Part shown: positions 38,388 through 46,147 of the stretch, in pieces
Numbering within the stretch: the stretch's first letter is position 1
How the letters are laid out: every line of letters begins with the position of its first letter
NCBI GenBank assembly: GCA_035256765.1
Contig: DATEXR010000271.1
Span: 1-46,147, forward strand
Direction: 5' to 3'
DNA: 46,147 nt
Source: Candidatus Deferrimicrobiaceae bacterium
Lineage (GTDB): Bacteria > Desulfobacterota > Deferrimicrobia > Deferrimicrobiales > Deferrimicrobiaceae
Made by a program: the position numbers and the translations under genes
The notes under the pieces: model-generated
The model's input: the letters and a program-made list of their open reading frames with translations, nothing else
The model's database searches: none
What the model was told of the DNA's origin: nothing

Positions 38388-39554
38388 ATGTTCACGATCG
38401 TAGAGGAAAACCGGTGCCACGCGGTCATCAAGGTGTTCGGGCTCGGCGGCGGAGGCGGGAACGCGATCAACACGATGATCGAGGAGGGCTTGACGGGCGT
38501 GGAGTTCATCGCCGCGAACACGGACGCGCAGGCCCTCTCGAAAAATCTCGCACCCCTGAAGATCCAGCTGGGCGCGAGGCTCACCAAGGGGCTGGGCGCA
38601 GGGGCGAACCCCGACGTCGGCCGCCAGGCGGCCCTGGAGGACCGGGACATCCTTCGCGAGGCCCTCTCGGGCGCCGACATGGTGTTCATGACCGCGGGGC
38701 TGGGCGGCGGCACGGGCACGGGGGGAGGGCCGGTCATCGCGGAAGTCGCACGGGAGGTGGGGGCGTTGACCGTCGCGGTGGTCACCCGCCCCTTCTCGTT
38801 CGAGGGCGCCACCCGGCGCAGGTATGCGGAAATGGGCTTGAAAGAGCTCCGCGGCATCGTGGACACCATCATCGTGATCCCGAACGAGAAGCTTCTTCTC
38901 ATCGCCGGCAAGGAGATGCGGTTCGTGGAGGCGTTCCGCAAGGTCGACGAAGTCCTTTACCAGGCGGTGCGCGGGATCTCCGAGCTGGTGACCAAGCCCG
39001 GGTACATCAACCTCGACTTCGCCGACGTGAAGACGATCATGTCGGGTTCCGGGGTGGCCCTGATGGGCACCGGCGGCGCCTCGGGCCAGAACCGGGCGAT
39101 GGCCGCCGCGGAGAAGGCGATCTCCAGCCCCCTCCTCGAGGATGTGGCCATCCGGGGCGCGCGCGGGGTCCTCTTCAACATCACGGCCGGTCCCTCCCTC
39201 TCCATGAGCGAGGTGCACGAGGCCGCGACGCTCATCCAGGAGGAGGCGGACGAGGAGGCGAACATCATCTTCGGCGCCGTGATCGACGACGAGATGGGGG
39301 AGGAGCTGAAGGTCACCGTGATCGCCACCGGGTTCGAGTCGGGCGTGGCCGAGAGCATCTGGAAGGCGCCGCGCCGCGCGATCAAGCTGGTGGGGCGCGA
39401 GGACCTGGAGAAGCCGACCTTCCTGCGCGCCGCCCAGACGAGGGAGCCGGAACGGATCGATCCGCTCCCGGTGGCCGAGAGGCCGATCGAGGAGGAGAGC
39501 CTCGAGGAGTTCGACATCCCGACGTTCCTCAGGCGGCGGCCGCCGGGCGCATGA
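38388..39554 (+). CDS. ftsZ: Cell division GTPase FtsZ
   Basis: Tubulin signature GGGTGTGG, with NTDAQAL and [10 protein letters not shown], and the conserved C-terminal peptide [18 protein letters not shown]. Confidence 0.97.
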   Translation: MFTIVEENRCHAVIKVFGLGGGGGNAINTMIEEGLTGVEFIAANTDAQALSKNLAPLKIQLGARLTKGLGAGANPDVGRQAALEDRDILREALSGADMVFMTAGLGGGTGTGGGPVIAEVAREVGALTVAVVTRPFSFEGATRRRYAEMGLKELRGIVDTIIVIPNEKLLLIAGKEMRFVEAFRKVDEVLYQAVRGISELVTKPGYINLDFADVKTIMSGSGVALMGTGGASGQNRAMAAAEKAISSPLLEDVAIRGARGVLFNITAGPSLSMSEVHEAATLIQEEADEEANIIFGAVIDDEMGEELKVTVIATGFESGVAESIWKAPRRAIKLVGREDLEKPTFLRAAQTREPERIDPLPVAERPIEEESLEEFDIPTFLRRRPPGA

Positions 39555-41302
39555 CGTGGGAGATCCGCAAGCTTCACGAGGAGATCCTGTCGCGCGAGAT
39601 CGGGGCGGTTCGCAAGGAGTGGGGGGGAAGATTCCGGGTCGCCCTCGTCTACCCGAACCGGTACGAGGCGGCGATGTCGAACCTGGGGTTCCTGACGATT
39701 TACGCCCGGATCAACGCCCGGGCGGACGCCGTGTGCGAGAGGACATTCCTGCCGAGGGAGGCGGAAGGAAGAGTCCTACGGCGCGGCGGCAGGCGGCCGA
39801 TGCCGCGGGGGGAGCCTGCCGGCCGCGGGCTCCCTCTCACCACCCTGGAGAGCAGCCGCACGCTCTCCGATTTTGACGTCGTAGCGTTTTCTCTCTCCTA
39901 CGAGAACGACCTGCTGAACCTCCCCGCGCTGCTTGCGGCCGGGGGGATTCCCCCCTTTCGGGCCGACCGGGCAACCCGGGGCGCCGGGAAGATTCCCGCG
40001 CGCCGGGAACGTCCGCTGGTCCTGGCGGGGGGATTCGCGGCATCCCTGTCCCCCGAGCCGTCGGGGACCCTGGCGGACGCAGTGGTGATCGGGGACGGGG
40101 AGAGGGCGGTCGGATCGATCCTCGACCTGGGAGCTCCCCGCCCCGCCGACGACGGGTATCTCAGGGAGCTCGCCGCGATCCCCGGCCTGTTCGTGCCGGC
40201 CGGGTACGTTCCCGAGTACGTCCGCCCGGCAGGAAGCGGGCCGGAAACCCCGGGCAGGCTTTGCGGGCTTCGTCCCCTCCCCGGGTTCCCTTCCCGGGTC
40301 GTCCGGGAGACCGTTTCCCTCGAGGAGTTTCCCCCGATCCCCCCGGTGCTCGCGGAGGACGCCGAATTGGGGAGAATGACGCTCGTGGAGACGTCGCGCG
40401 GCTGCCCGAAGCGTTGCGGCTTCTGCGCCGCCGCGCACGCCTGCCCCGATTTCCGCGAGGTTCCCTTGGCCCATGTGCGCGCGACCGTGGACGCCCTCTG
40501 GCCGCATCGAAAGACGGTCGGGCTCGTCGGGGCGGCAGTACTCGACTGGAGCCACTTCCGGAACTATTCGAAAGAGATCCTCTCCCGCGGCGGGGCGGTC
40601 TCCCCCGCCTCCGTCCGGGCGGACCTCGTGGACGACGAGATCGCCGGGATCCTTTCGGAAAGCGGCCACAGGACGGTCGCCCTGGCGCCGGAGGCGGGCA
40701 GCGAGGAACTTCGGGCGCGGATCGGGAAAGGGGTCGCGGACGGGGTATTCTTCTCCGCCGGGCGGACCCTGGCCCGTGCCGGGATCGTTTCCTTCAAGCT
40801 CTATTTCCTCTGCGGGCTTCCCGGTGCCGGGGTCGAGGAGGAGGTGGAGGGAGCGGTCGCCTTCCTCGCTGCCTTCCGCCGGGAGGTGCTGCGCGAGGCG
40901 AAATCGCTCGGGCGGATGGGGACGATCACGGCGGTGATGTCCGCCTTCGTGCCCAAGCCCTTCACCCCGCTGCAGTGGGCTCCCATGGCCCGGGAGGAAG
41001 ATCTTCGTCGCCGCCAGCAGGGAGTCTCCGCGGGGATCCGGTCCCTGTCGAACGTGCGCGTCCGCGCCGATTCCCCCCGATCCTCCCTCCTCCAGGGGTA
41101 CCTGGGGCTTTCGGACCGGCGCGTCGAGGGGATTCTCCGGCAGGCGGAAACGGGACGGGTCAGGCTTCCCCGCGGGGACGCGCTTTCCGAGGTCGTGTTC
41201 CGGGAGAAGGATGCGGACGAGGTGTTTCCCTGGGACGTGATCGCGGGCGGTCTTCCCCGGCGGGCGCTGCGGGCCCGCTACGAGAGGATCATCCGGCGGT
41301 GA
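39551..41302 (+). CDS. Radical SAM protein of unknown function (N-terminal B12-binding-like region plus radical SAM core; possibly TIGR03960-like family)
   Basis: CxxxCxxC at [13 protein letters not shown] (Cys codons at 40403-40426). N-terminal [17 protein letters not shown] and C-terminal FPWDVI resemble that family from memory. ATG 39551 overlaps the ftsZ TGA. The upstream 1.6 kb of the 1130-aa table ORF is a shadow over ftsA/ftsZ. Confidence 0.75.
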   Translation: MTWEIRKLHEEILSREIGAVRKEWGGRFRVALVYPNRYEAAMSNLGFLTIYARINARADAVCERTFLPREAEGRVLRRGGRRPMPRGEPAGRGLPLTTLESSRTLSDFDVVAFSLSYENDLLNLPALLAAGGIPPFRADRATRGAGKIPARRERPLVLAGGFAASLSPEPSGTLADAVVIGDGERAVGSILDLGAPRPADDGYLRELAAIPGLFVPAGYVPEYVRPAGSGPETPGRLCGLRPLPGFPSRVVRETVSLEEFPPIPPVLAEDAELGRMTLVETSRGCPKRCGFCAAAHACPDFREVPLAHVRATVDALWPHRKTVGLVGAAVLDWSHFRNYSKEILSRGGAVSPASVRADLVDDEIAGILSESGHRTVALAPEAGSEELRARIGKGVADGVFFSAGRTLARAGIVSFKLYFLCGLPGAGVEEEVEGAVAFLAAFRREVLREAKSLGRMGTITAVMSAFVPKPFTPLQWAPMAREEDLRRRQQGVSAGIRSLSNVRVRADSPRSSLLQGYLGLSDRRVEGILRQAETGRVRLPRGDALSEVVFREKDADEVFPWDVIAGGLPRRALRARYERIIRR

Positions 41303-41690
41303 CCCGGAAGAGGACGTTCCGGGTCCTCGGCCCGTCGAACTCGCAGAGGTAGATCGACTGCCACGTGCCGAGAACCAGCTGTCCGGACTCGATGAACACC
41401 GTGACGAAGGAGCCGATCAAGCTCGCTTTCGCGTGGGCGTGCGCGTTCCCCTCGGTGTGGAGGTAGCTTCCCTTCGAGGGAACGGCCGTTTCGAGGATGT
41501 TGAGGAGGTCCTGCTTCACGTTGGGGTCGGTGTTCTCGTTGATCGTGACCGCGGCCGTCGTGTGCGGGACGAACACCTGGCAGGCCCCCCGGGTGATGCC
41601 GCTTTCCCGTACGATCAGCCGCGCGGTGTGGGTGATGTCGATCAGCTGCTGGGGATTTTCCGTGCGGACCGTGATGGTCTTGAGACTCAT
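41289..41690 (-). CDS. yjbQ: YjbQ/UPF0047 family protein (secondary thiamine-phosphate synthase-like)
   Basis: ITVRT...Q..DIT..V, VPHTTAAVTINEN.DP.V..D, HT.EGN..AH.KASL.G and GTWQSIYLCEFDGPR motifs; GAGGAG RBS. The table ORF was trimmed to ATG 41690. Confidence 0.85.
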   Translation of the reverse strand: MSLKTITVRTENPQQLIDITHTARLIVRESGITRGACQVFVPHTTAAVTINENTDPNVKQDLLNILETAVPSKGSYLHTEGNAHAHAKASLIGSFVTVFIESGQLVLGTWQSIYLCEFDGPRTRNVLFRVTAG

Positions 41691-41719
41691 GAGCTCCTCG
41701 GTCGGTACGATGCTTTCTC

Positions 41720-41749
41720 CTTGTAGCACAGGAAGTTTGGATGGGTCAA
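41720..41749 (-). promoter_or_regulatory. Candidate promoter for yjbQ (minus strand TTGACC-18 nt-TACAAG)
   Basis: Read on the reverse complement of the 41691-41774 intergenic region: -35 is the complement of 41744-41749 and -10 the complement of 41720-41725. Confidence 0.3.
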
Positions 41750-41765
41750 GAAATGGGGTTGCCGA

Positions 41766-41771
41766 TATAAT
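41766..41771 (+). promoter_or_regulatory. Perfect TATAAT -10 box immediately upstream of maf (no good -35)
   Basis: TATAAT at 41766-41771, only 3 nt before GTG 41775 and 9 nt before GTG 41781. Confidence 0.3.
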
Positions 41772-41774
41772 GGG

Positions 41775-42407
41775 GTGGACGTGGCGTCGCCTCCGGCGTT
41801 GATACTGGCTTCCTCCTCTCCCCGGCGCAACGCGCTCATGCGCGTGGTGGGGATTCCGTTCCGCGTGGTCCCCTCGCGGGTCGAGGAAGTTCCCGCGCCC
41901 GGGGAAGCCCCCCGGCGCTTCGTCAGGCGGGCCGCCCGGGAGAAGGGGGAGGAGGTGGCGGCACGGAACCCGGATTCGTTCGTCCTCGCGGCGGACACGA
42001 TCGTGGTCGTCTCCGGCAGGATCCTGGGGAAGCCGAAGGATCCGGAAGACGGCGCCCGGATGCTCCGGCTGCTCGCGGGGAGGGAGCACCGGGTGCACAC
42101 GGCGGTCTGCCTTCTCCGCTTCCGGGACGGCTACTGGGACGAGGCTTGCGAGACGACGCGCGTCCGCTTCCGGGAGCTGTCCCGCCGGGAGATCGCGGCC
42201 TATCTCCGGACGGGGGAGGCGGCCGACAAGGCCGGCGCATACGCCGCGCAAGGGACGGGCAACCTGCTGATCGACCGGATCGTCGGGTCGTACACCAACG
42301 TCGTCGGGCTTCCCATGACCCGGGTGGCCGGGATGCTCCTCCGGGCGAATCTCATCGCCGTTTCCCGGGAGGGCCCCGGCTGGTACCGATATACGGAGAG
42401 GGGATGA
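41775..42407 (+). CDS. maf: Maf-family nucleoside triphosphate pyrophosphatase
   Basis: LILASSSPRR..L, AADT.V...G.ILGKP, GAY..QG and NVVGLP motifs. Start is GTG 41775 or GTG 41781. Confidence 0.9.
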   Translation: MDVASPPALILASSSPRRNALMRVVGIPFRVVPSRVEEVPAPGEAPRRFVRRAAREKGEEVAARNPDSFVLAADTIVVVSGRILGKPKDPEDGARMLRLLAGREHRVHTAVCLLRFRDGYWDEACETTRVRFRELSRREIAAYLRTGEAADKAGAYAAQGTGNLLIDRIVGSYTNVVGLPMTRVAGMLLRANLIAVSREGPGWYRYTERG

Positions 42408-43111
42408 CCGCCGGGGAATCGATCCGGGAGCGCGCGGCTCGGGTCCGGGACAGGATCGAGGAGGCCGCGCGGAGATCCGGGCGAAAAGGGGAGAATATCC
42501 GTCTGGTGGCGGTCGGGAAGACCCAGCCGGCGGAGAGCATCGGAGAGGCCCTCGAGGCCGGGCTCACCGTCTTCGGGGAGAACTACGTCCAGGAGGCGGA
42601 AGGAAAGATCCGCGCCTTCCCGGGCGCCGAGTGGCACCTGATCGGGAAACTCCAGAGGAACAAGGGGAAAAAGGCCGTCGCGCTCTTCTCGTGGATCCAG
42701 ACGGTCGACTCCCTCTCGCTCCTCGGGGAAATATCCCGTCGCGCGACCGAGGCCGGGAAGGTCGTGCCCGTCCTTTTGGAGGTGAACCTCGCGGGGGAGC
42801 AAACCAAGGCGGGGCTGATCCCGGAGGAGCTGCCCGCGCTGATCGAGGCCGCCCCGGGGCTTCCCGGGCTCCGCCTGCGGGGGCTGATGGCCATCCCCCC
42901 GTGGACGGAGGATCCCGAGGAGAGCAGGCCGTATTTCGACCGACTCCGGGAACTATTGGCGGAATGTGTTTCGCGGGGCGGGGCCGGGCCGGGGATGACG
43001 GAGCTGTCGATGGGGATGTCCAACGATTTCGAGGCGGCGATCGAGGAGGGCGCGACGATGGTCCGCGTCGGCACGGCGATCTTCGGGAGCCGGGCGAGGA
43101 GAGAGGGATGA
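42404..43111 (+). CDS. yggS: PLP-binding homeostasis protein YggS/YlmE family
   Basis: LVAVGKTQP (PLP lysine), FGENYVQE, HLIG.LQ.NK, LSMGMS.DFE.AI..G.T.VRVGTAIFG. ATGA overlap with maf. Confidence 0.9.
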   Translation: MTAGESIRERAARVRDRIEEAARRSGRKGENIRLVAVGKTQPAESIGEALEAGLTVFGENYVQEAEGKIRAFPGAEWHLIGKLQRNKGKKAVALFSWIQTVDSLSLLGEISRRATEAGKVVPVLLEVNLAGEQTKAGLIPEELPALIEAAPGLPGLRLRGLMAIPPWTEDPEESRPYFDRLRELLAECVSRGGAGPGMTELSMGMSNDFEAAIEEGATMVRVGTAIFGSRARREG

Positions 43112-43914
43112 AGGGACTGGGATTCATCGGGGCGGGGAACATGGGGGAGGCGATGATCCGGGGGATCCTTGCGGCGAAGCTCGTCCCTCCCCGGGAAGTG
43201 GTCGTCCTGGAGATCCGCCCGGAGCGGGGAAAGGAGCTTAGGCATAGGTTCGGCGTTTCCGTCGCGAAAGGGATGGCGGACCTCTTGCGGAAGTGCGACA
43301 CGATCGTCTTCGCGGTGAAGCCGCAAGGCGTGGGAGAGGTGCTCCGCCAGATCCGCGCGGGTGAAACGAAGGGCAAGCTCTTCGTCACGATCGCCGCGGG
43401 GGTTCCGACCCGGACTTTCCTGTCTGCCCTGGGGGAGGGCGCCCGCGTCGTCCGCGCGATGCCGAACACTCCGGCTCAGGTGGGGATGGGGAGCACCGGC
43501 CTGTTCTTCGTCCGGGGGGTTCCGCGGGAAGAGAAGGAGTGGGCCCGGAAGATCTTCTCCTCCTTCGGGGAGGTGGCCGAGTTCCCCCGCGAGGAATTGC
43601 TCGACGTCGTCACGGCGCTCTCCGGTTCCGGTCCCGCCTACGTCTTCCTCTTCATCGAGGCGTTGGCCGACGGTGCGGTCCGCGCCGGCATGGGGCGCGA
43701 GGAGGCGGTCCGCCTCGCCGCGGCGACCGTGGAGGGGGCGGCCCGGATGGTGCGGACGACGGGGAAGCACCCCGGGGAGCTCAAGGACATGGTCACTTCT
43801 CCCGGCGGGACGACGGCCGCGGGGATCGCGGCGCTCGAGATGGGGGCGTTCCGGGGGACGGTGCTGTCGGCGGTCTTCGCCGCCTGGCAGAGATGCCGCG
43901 AACTTTCCACGTAA
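43108..43914 (+). CDS. proC: Pyrroline-5-carboxylate reductase
   Basis: GFIGAGNMGEA Rossmann, VKPQ, RAMPNTPA, SGSGPAYVF and VTSPGGTT motifs. ATGA overlap with yggS. Confidence 0.93.
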   Translation: MKGLGFIGAGNMGEAMIRGILAAKLVPPREVVVLEIRPERGKELRHRFGVSVAKGMADLLRKCDTIVFAVKPQGVGEVLRQIRAGETKGKLFVTIAAGVPTRTFLSALGEGARVVRAMPNTPAQVGMGSTGLFFVRGVPREEKEWARKIFSSFGEVAEFPREELLDVVTALSGSGPAYVFLFIEALADGAVRAGMGREEAVRLAAATVEGAARMVRTTGKHPGELKDMVTSPGGTTAAGIAALEMGAFRGTVLSAVFAAWQRCRELST

Positions 43915-43924
43915 GGAGACCACG

Positions 43925-44224
43925 ATGTTTGTAGCGAAGAACCTCCTGTTCGCCGTAGCGAAAATCCTGGACATCGCCCTGTCCGCCTACATGTGGATCC
44001 TCATCATCCGGGCGGTCCTTTCCTGGGTGAACCCCGACCCGTACAACCCCATCGTCCGGGCGCTCTACTCGATCACGGAGCCGGTCCTCTCCTGGCTCCG
44101 GCGCAGGTTCCCCCTGATGGCGGGAAGCATCGATTTCTCCCCCATGGTCGCGATCCTCGCCATCCTGTTCCTGCAGTACTTCCTCGTGAGGACCCTGTTC
44201 GACCTGGCGATGAGGATGCCGTGA
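43925..44224 (+). CDS. yggT: YggT family membrane protein
   Basis: 99 aa, two or more TM segments, with the typical ..Y..ILIIRA.LSW...D..NP........TEP.L...R motif. Confidence 0.85.
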   Translation: MFVAKNLLFAVAKILDIALSAYMWILIIRAVLSWVNPDPYNPIVRALYSITEPVLSWLRRRFPLMAGSIDFSPMVAILAILFLQYFLVRTLFDLAMRMP

Positions 44225-44538
44225 GCGGAAGGACCGTCCGGGAGGCCGGCCGGGGGGAGGAGTTTTCGACGGTCACGGTCCACGTGCTGCCGCGCGCCTC
44301 GCGGGAAGGGGTGGCGGGGCTGTTCGGGGACGCGGTCCGCGTCCGTCTCACCGCGCCTCCCCTGGAGAACCGGGCCAACGAGGCGCTCGTCCGGTTCCTC
44401 TCCGCGTCGCTTGGTGTTCCCCGGTCCCGCGTGGAGATCGTCTCCGGCCGGCGGGGCCGAAAGAAAGTCGTGCGCGTCGCCGGGATCTCGCGGAAAGACC
44501 TGTTTCTCCGCCTCGGCCTACAGCAACCCCCGGATTAG
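44221..44538 (+). CDS. DUF167 (YggU) family protein
   Basis: V.PRAS.....G.....V.VRLTAPP.ENRAN.AL..FL...L.V.RS.V.IVSG..GR.K...V pattern. GTGA overlap with yggT. Confidence 0.8.
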   Translation: MSGRTVREAGRGEEFSTVTVHVLPRASREGVAGLFGDAVRVRLTAPPLENRANEALVRFLSASLGVPRSRVEIVSGRRGRKKVVRVAGISRKDLFLRLGLQQPPD

Positions 44539-45309
44539 CCCCCCGTCGACCTGGATCGTCGCCCCGGTGATGTAGGACGCCTGCTCCGACGCGAGGAACG
44601 CGACGAGCGCGGCCACTTCCCCGGGGGTCCCGAATCTCCCCGCAGGGATCTCGGCGATCCCCGCGGCCATCGCCTCCTCCACGGAGACCTGGCTCTCCGC
44701 GGCCCGCCTCTCGATCAGCGACTTGAGGCGCTCGGTCAGCACGTATCCCGGGCAGAGGTTGTTCACGGTCACGTTGTGTTCGGCGACCTCCCGGGAGAGC
44801 GTCTTCGCCATGCCGACCACGGCGCTGCGGATCGCGCTGGACTGGATCAGGTTGTCGATCGGCTGCTTGACGGAGAACGAGGTGAGGTTGACGATGCGCC
44901 CGAACTTCTGGGCGGTCATCCAGGGGAGGCAATGCCTTATGCACCGGGCCGCGCTCAGGAAATTCAGGTGGAAGCTTCTCGTCCAGTCCTCGTCCGACGC
45001 CCCGAGAAACCCGGAGGCGGGCGGGCGCCCGGCGTTGTTCACGAGGATGTGCACCGTGCCGAAGCCGTCGAAGATCCGGGCGAAGAGCGCGTCGATCTCC
45101 TCGCCCCGGGTCAGGTCCGCCCGGACGGCAAGCACCGGGCTCCCGGTCTTCGCGGAGATCTCCGCCGCCGCGCGGGAGAGGGTCTCCTCGTCGCGCGCGC
45201 AGACCGCCACGCGGGCTCCTTCGGCGGAGAGGGTCTCGGCGCACGCCCGCCCGATCCCCCTGCTCCCCGCGCACACGAGCGCCGCCTTTCCCCGTATCCC
45301 GAAATCCAT
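44518..45309 (-). CDS. Short-chain dehydrogenase/reductase (FabG-like SDR)
   Basis: Cofactor motif AGSRGIGRA and NNAG, with C-terminal PGEVA..VAFL.S..ASYITG..I.VDGG. No canonical YxxxK is seen at the usual position (SSAIRSAVVGMAKTLS). Trimmed to ATG 45309, which has a GGGAGG RBS. Confidence 0.85.
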   Translation of the reverse strand: MDFGIRGKAALVCAGSRGIGRACAETLSAEGARVAVCARDEETLSRAAAEISAKTGSPVLAVRADLTRGEEIDALFARIFDGFGTVHILVNNAGRPPASGFLGASDEDWTRSFHLNFLSAARCIRHCLPWMTAQKFGRIVNLTSFSVKQPIDNLIQSSAIRSAVVGMAKTLSREVAEHNVTVNNLCPGYVLTERLKSLIERRAAESQVSVEEAMAAGIAEIPAGRFGTPGEVAALVAFLASEQASYITGATIQVDGGLIRGLL

Positions 45310-45358
45310 CGCGCACCTCCCGGCTTGAACTGGGCCTCGACCCCGGGAAACGGCGGGG

Positions 45359-46147
45359 CTACTCCACCCGGCGCACCCACCCGTACCGGTCCTCGATCTC
45401 TCCGTACTGGATCCCGGTGATCTCGTCGAAGAACCTTCGGGAAATCTCCCCGGGCGCCCCCCCGTTGACCACCAGCTCCTCCCCCCGGTAGCGAAGCGCG
45501 CCGACGGGGGACACCACCGCAGCGGTCCCGGTCCCGAACACCTCGCGCAGGGTGCCGTCCGCCGCCGCACGCCGGATCTCCTCCATGCCGATCCGCCGCT
45601 CGGACACGGGCAGCCCCCACCCCTGCGCGATCCGCAGGACGGAGTCGCGAGTCACCCCCGGGAGAATGGAGCCGGACAGGGGGGGCGTGACGATCTCGTC
45701 CCCGATCACGAAGAAGATGTTCATCGTGCCGACCTCCTCCACCTCCCCGCGTCCGTCGGCGGAAAGCCAGAGCACCTGGTCGTACCCGCTCTCCCTGGCG
45801 TTTCTGGCCGCCAGGAGGCTGGCGGCGTAGTTGGCCCCGGCCTTCGCCTCCCCCAGCCCTCCCTTCGCCGCCCGCACGTACGTCTCTTCCACCAGGATGC
45901 GGACCGGCTCAAGCCCCCGCGCGTAATAGCTCCCGACGGGACCGGTGATGATGAAGAAGAGATACTCCGCGGAAGGCCGGACCCCCAGGCCGGGCTCGGT
46001 GGCGATCATCGTCGGGCGGATGTACAGCGACGTGCCGCGCGAGACGGGGATCCACCCCCGGTCCACGGAAAGGAGGGCGGTGACCGCCGCGAGGGCGTCC
46101 TGCACGGGGATCTGGGGCATGCAGAGGCGGCGCGCCGACAGGTTCAT
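45359..46147 (-). CDS. ilvE: Branched-chain amino acid aminotransferase (class IV), partial: N-terminus lies beyond the right window edge
   Basis: YIRP......GLGV, KAGANY, E.G.MN.F, TPPL.GSILPGVTR and E.F.TGTAA.V.PV motifs. Confidence 0.88.
   Translation of the reverse strand: MNLSARRLCMPQIPVQDALAAVTALLSVDRGWIPVSRGTSLYIRPTMIATEPGLGVRPSAEYLFFIITGPVGSYYARGLEPVRILVEETYVRAAKGGLGEAKAGANYAASLLAARNARESGYDQVLWLSADGRGEVEEVGTMNIFFVIGDEIVTPPLSGSILPGVTRDSVLRIAQGWGLPVSERRIGMEEIRRAAADGTLREVFGTGTAAVVSPVGALRYRGEELVVNGGAPGEISRRFFDEITGIQYGEIEDRYGWVRRVE

Noticed and set aside
37910-39550. N-terminal 547 codons of the 1130-aa + strand ORF that ends as the radical SAM gene. The same applies to the upstream extensions of the ORFs containing hisD (8450-9367), prmC (6551-7207), murF (26782-27036) and ProC/YggS/YggT.
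   Set aside because: The extensions run through ftsA/ftsZ (or murA, prfA, murE etc.) in another frame with shadow-type composition. Homology and RBS/ATGA coupling place the real starts downstream.
44518-44538. Convergent 3' overlaps: DUF167/SDR (21 nt) and radical SAM/yjbQ (41289-41302, 14 nt).
   Set aside because: Short convergent overlaps are common in compact high-GC genomes. No hairpin or antisense-regulatory structure is apparent.

Overview
High-GC (about two-thirds G+C) bacterial core-chromosome window. It is almost entirely on the + strand and very tightly packed, with a dozen ATGA/GTGA/TGATG start-stop overlaps. Gene order: (1) 3' end of an unknown CDS, an 88-aa orphan, rluD and pgeF(yfiH), and a 116-aa orphan. 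(2) rho-rpmE-thyX-DUF1385-prfA-prmC-murA. (3) hisD-hisB-hisH-hisA-hisF-hisI plus a HIT hydrolase. (4) The macromolecular-synthesis operon rpsU-yqeY-dnaG-rpoD, then a tRNA(CAT). (5) Nif3-like, COG1579 zinc-ribbon and RNase HI genes running directly into the RNase P RNA gene (rnpB). (6) A complete canonical dcw cluster, mraZ-rsmH-ftsL-ftsI-murE-murF-mraY-murD-ftsW-murG-murC-murB-ddl-ftsQ-ftsA-ftsZ, with a recognisable MraZ operator. (7) A 583-aa radical SAM gene coupled to ftsZ, and a convergent yjbQ. (8) maf-yggS-proC-yggT-DUF167. (9) On the minus strand, an SDR and a partial ilvE. From memory, the rho..murA-his-rpsU-dnaG-rpoD order resembles Geobacter/Desulfuromonadota-type genomes; this was not checked. 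I see no mobile elements, integrases, CRISPR arrays, toxin-antitoxin or defence-like genes, and no convincing novel multi-gene system: this is an ordinary housekeeping region. The points most worth a second look are the uncharacterised radical SAM enzyme fused transcriptionally and translationally to ftsZ, rnpB overlapping the stop codon of an RNase HI gene within a Nif3/zinc-ribbon/RNase H module, a 214-nt GC-rich spacer (or 73-aa bridging ORF) between rluD and pgeF, two small orphan proteins, and a likely non-canonical murA start. All protein calls rest on motif recognition by eye in the supplied translations; no database search was run.
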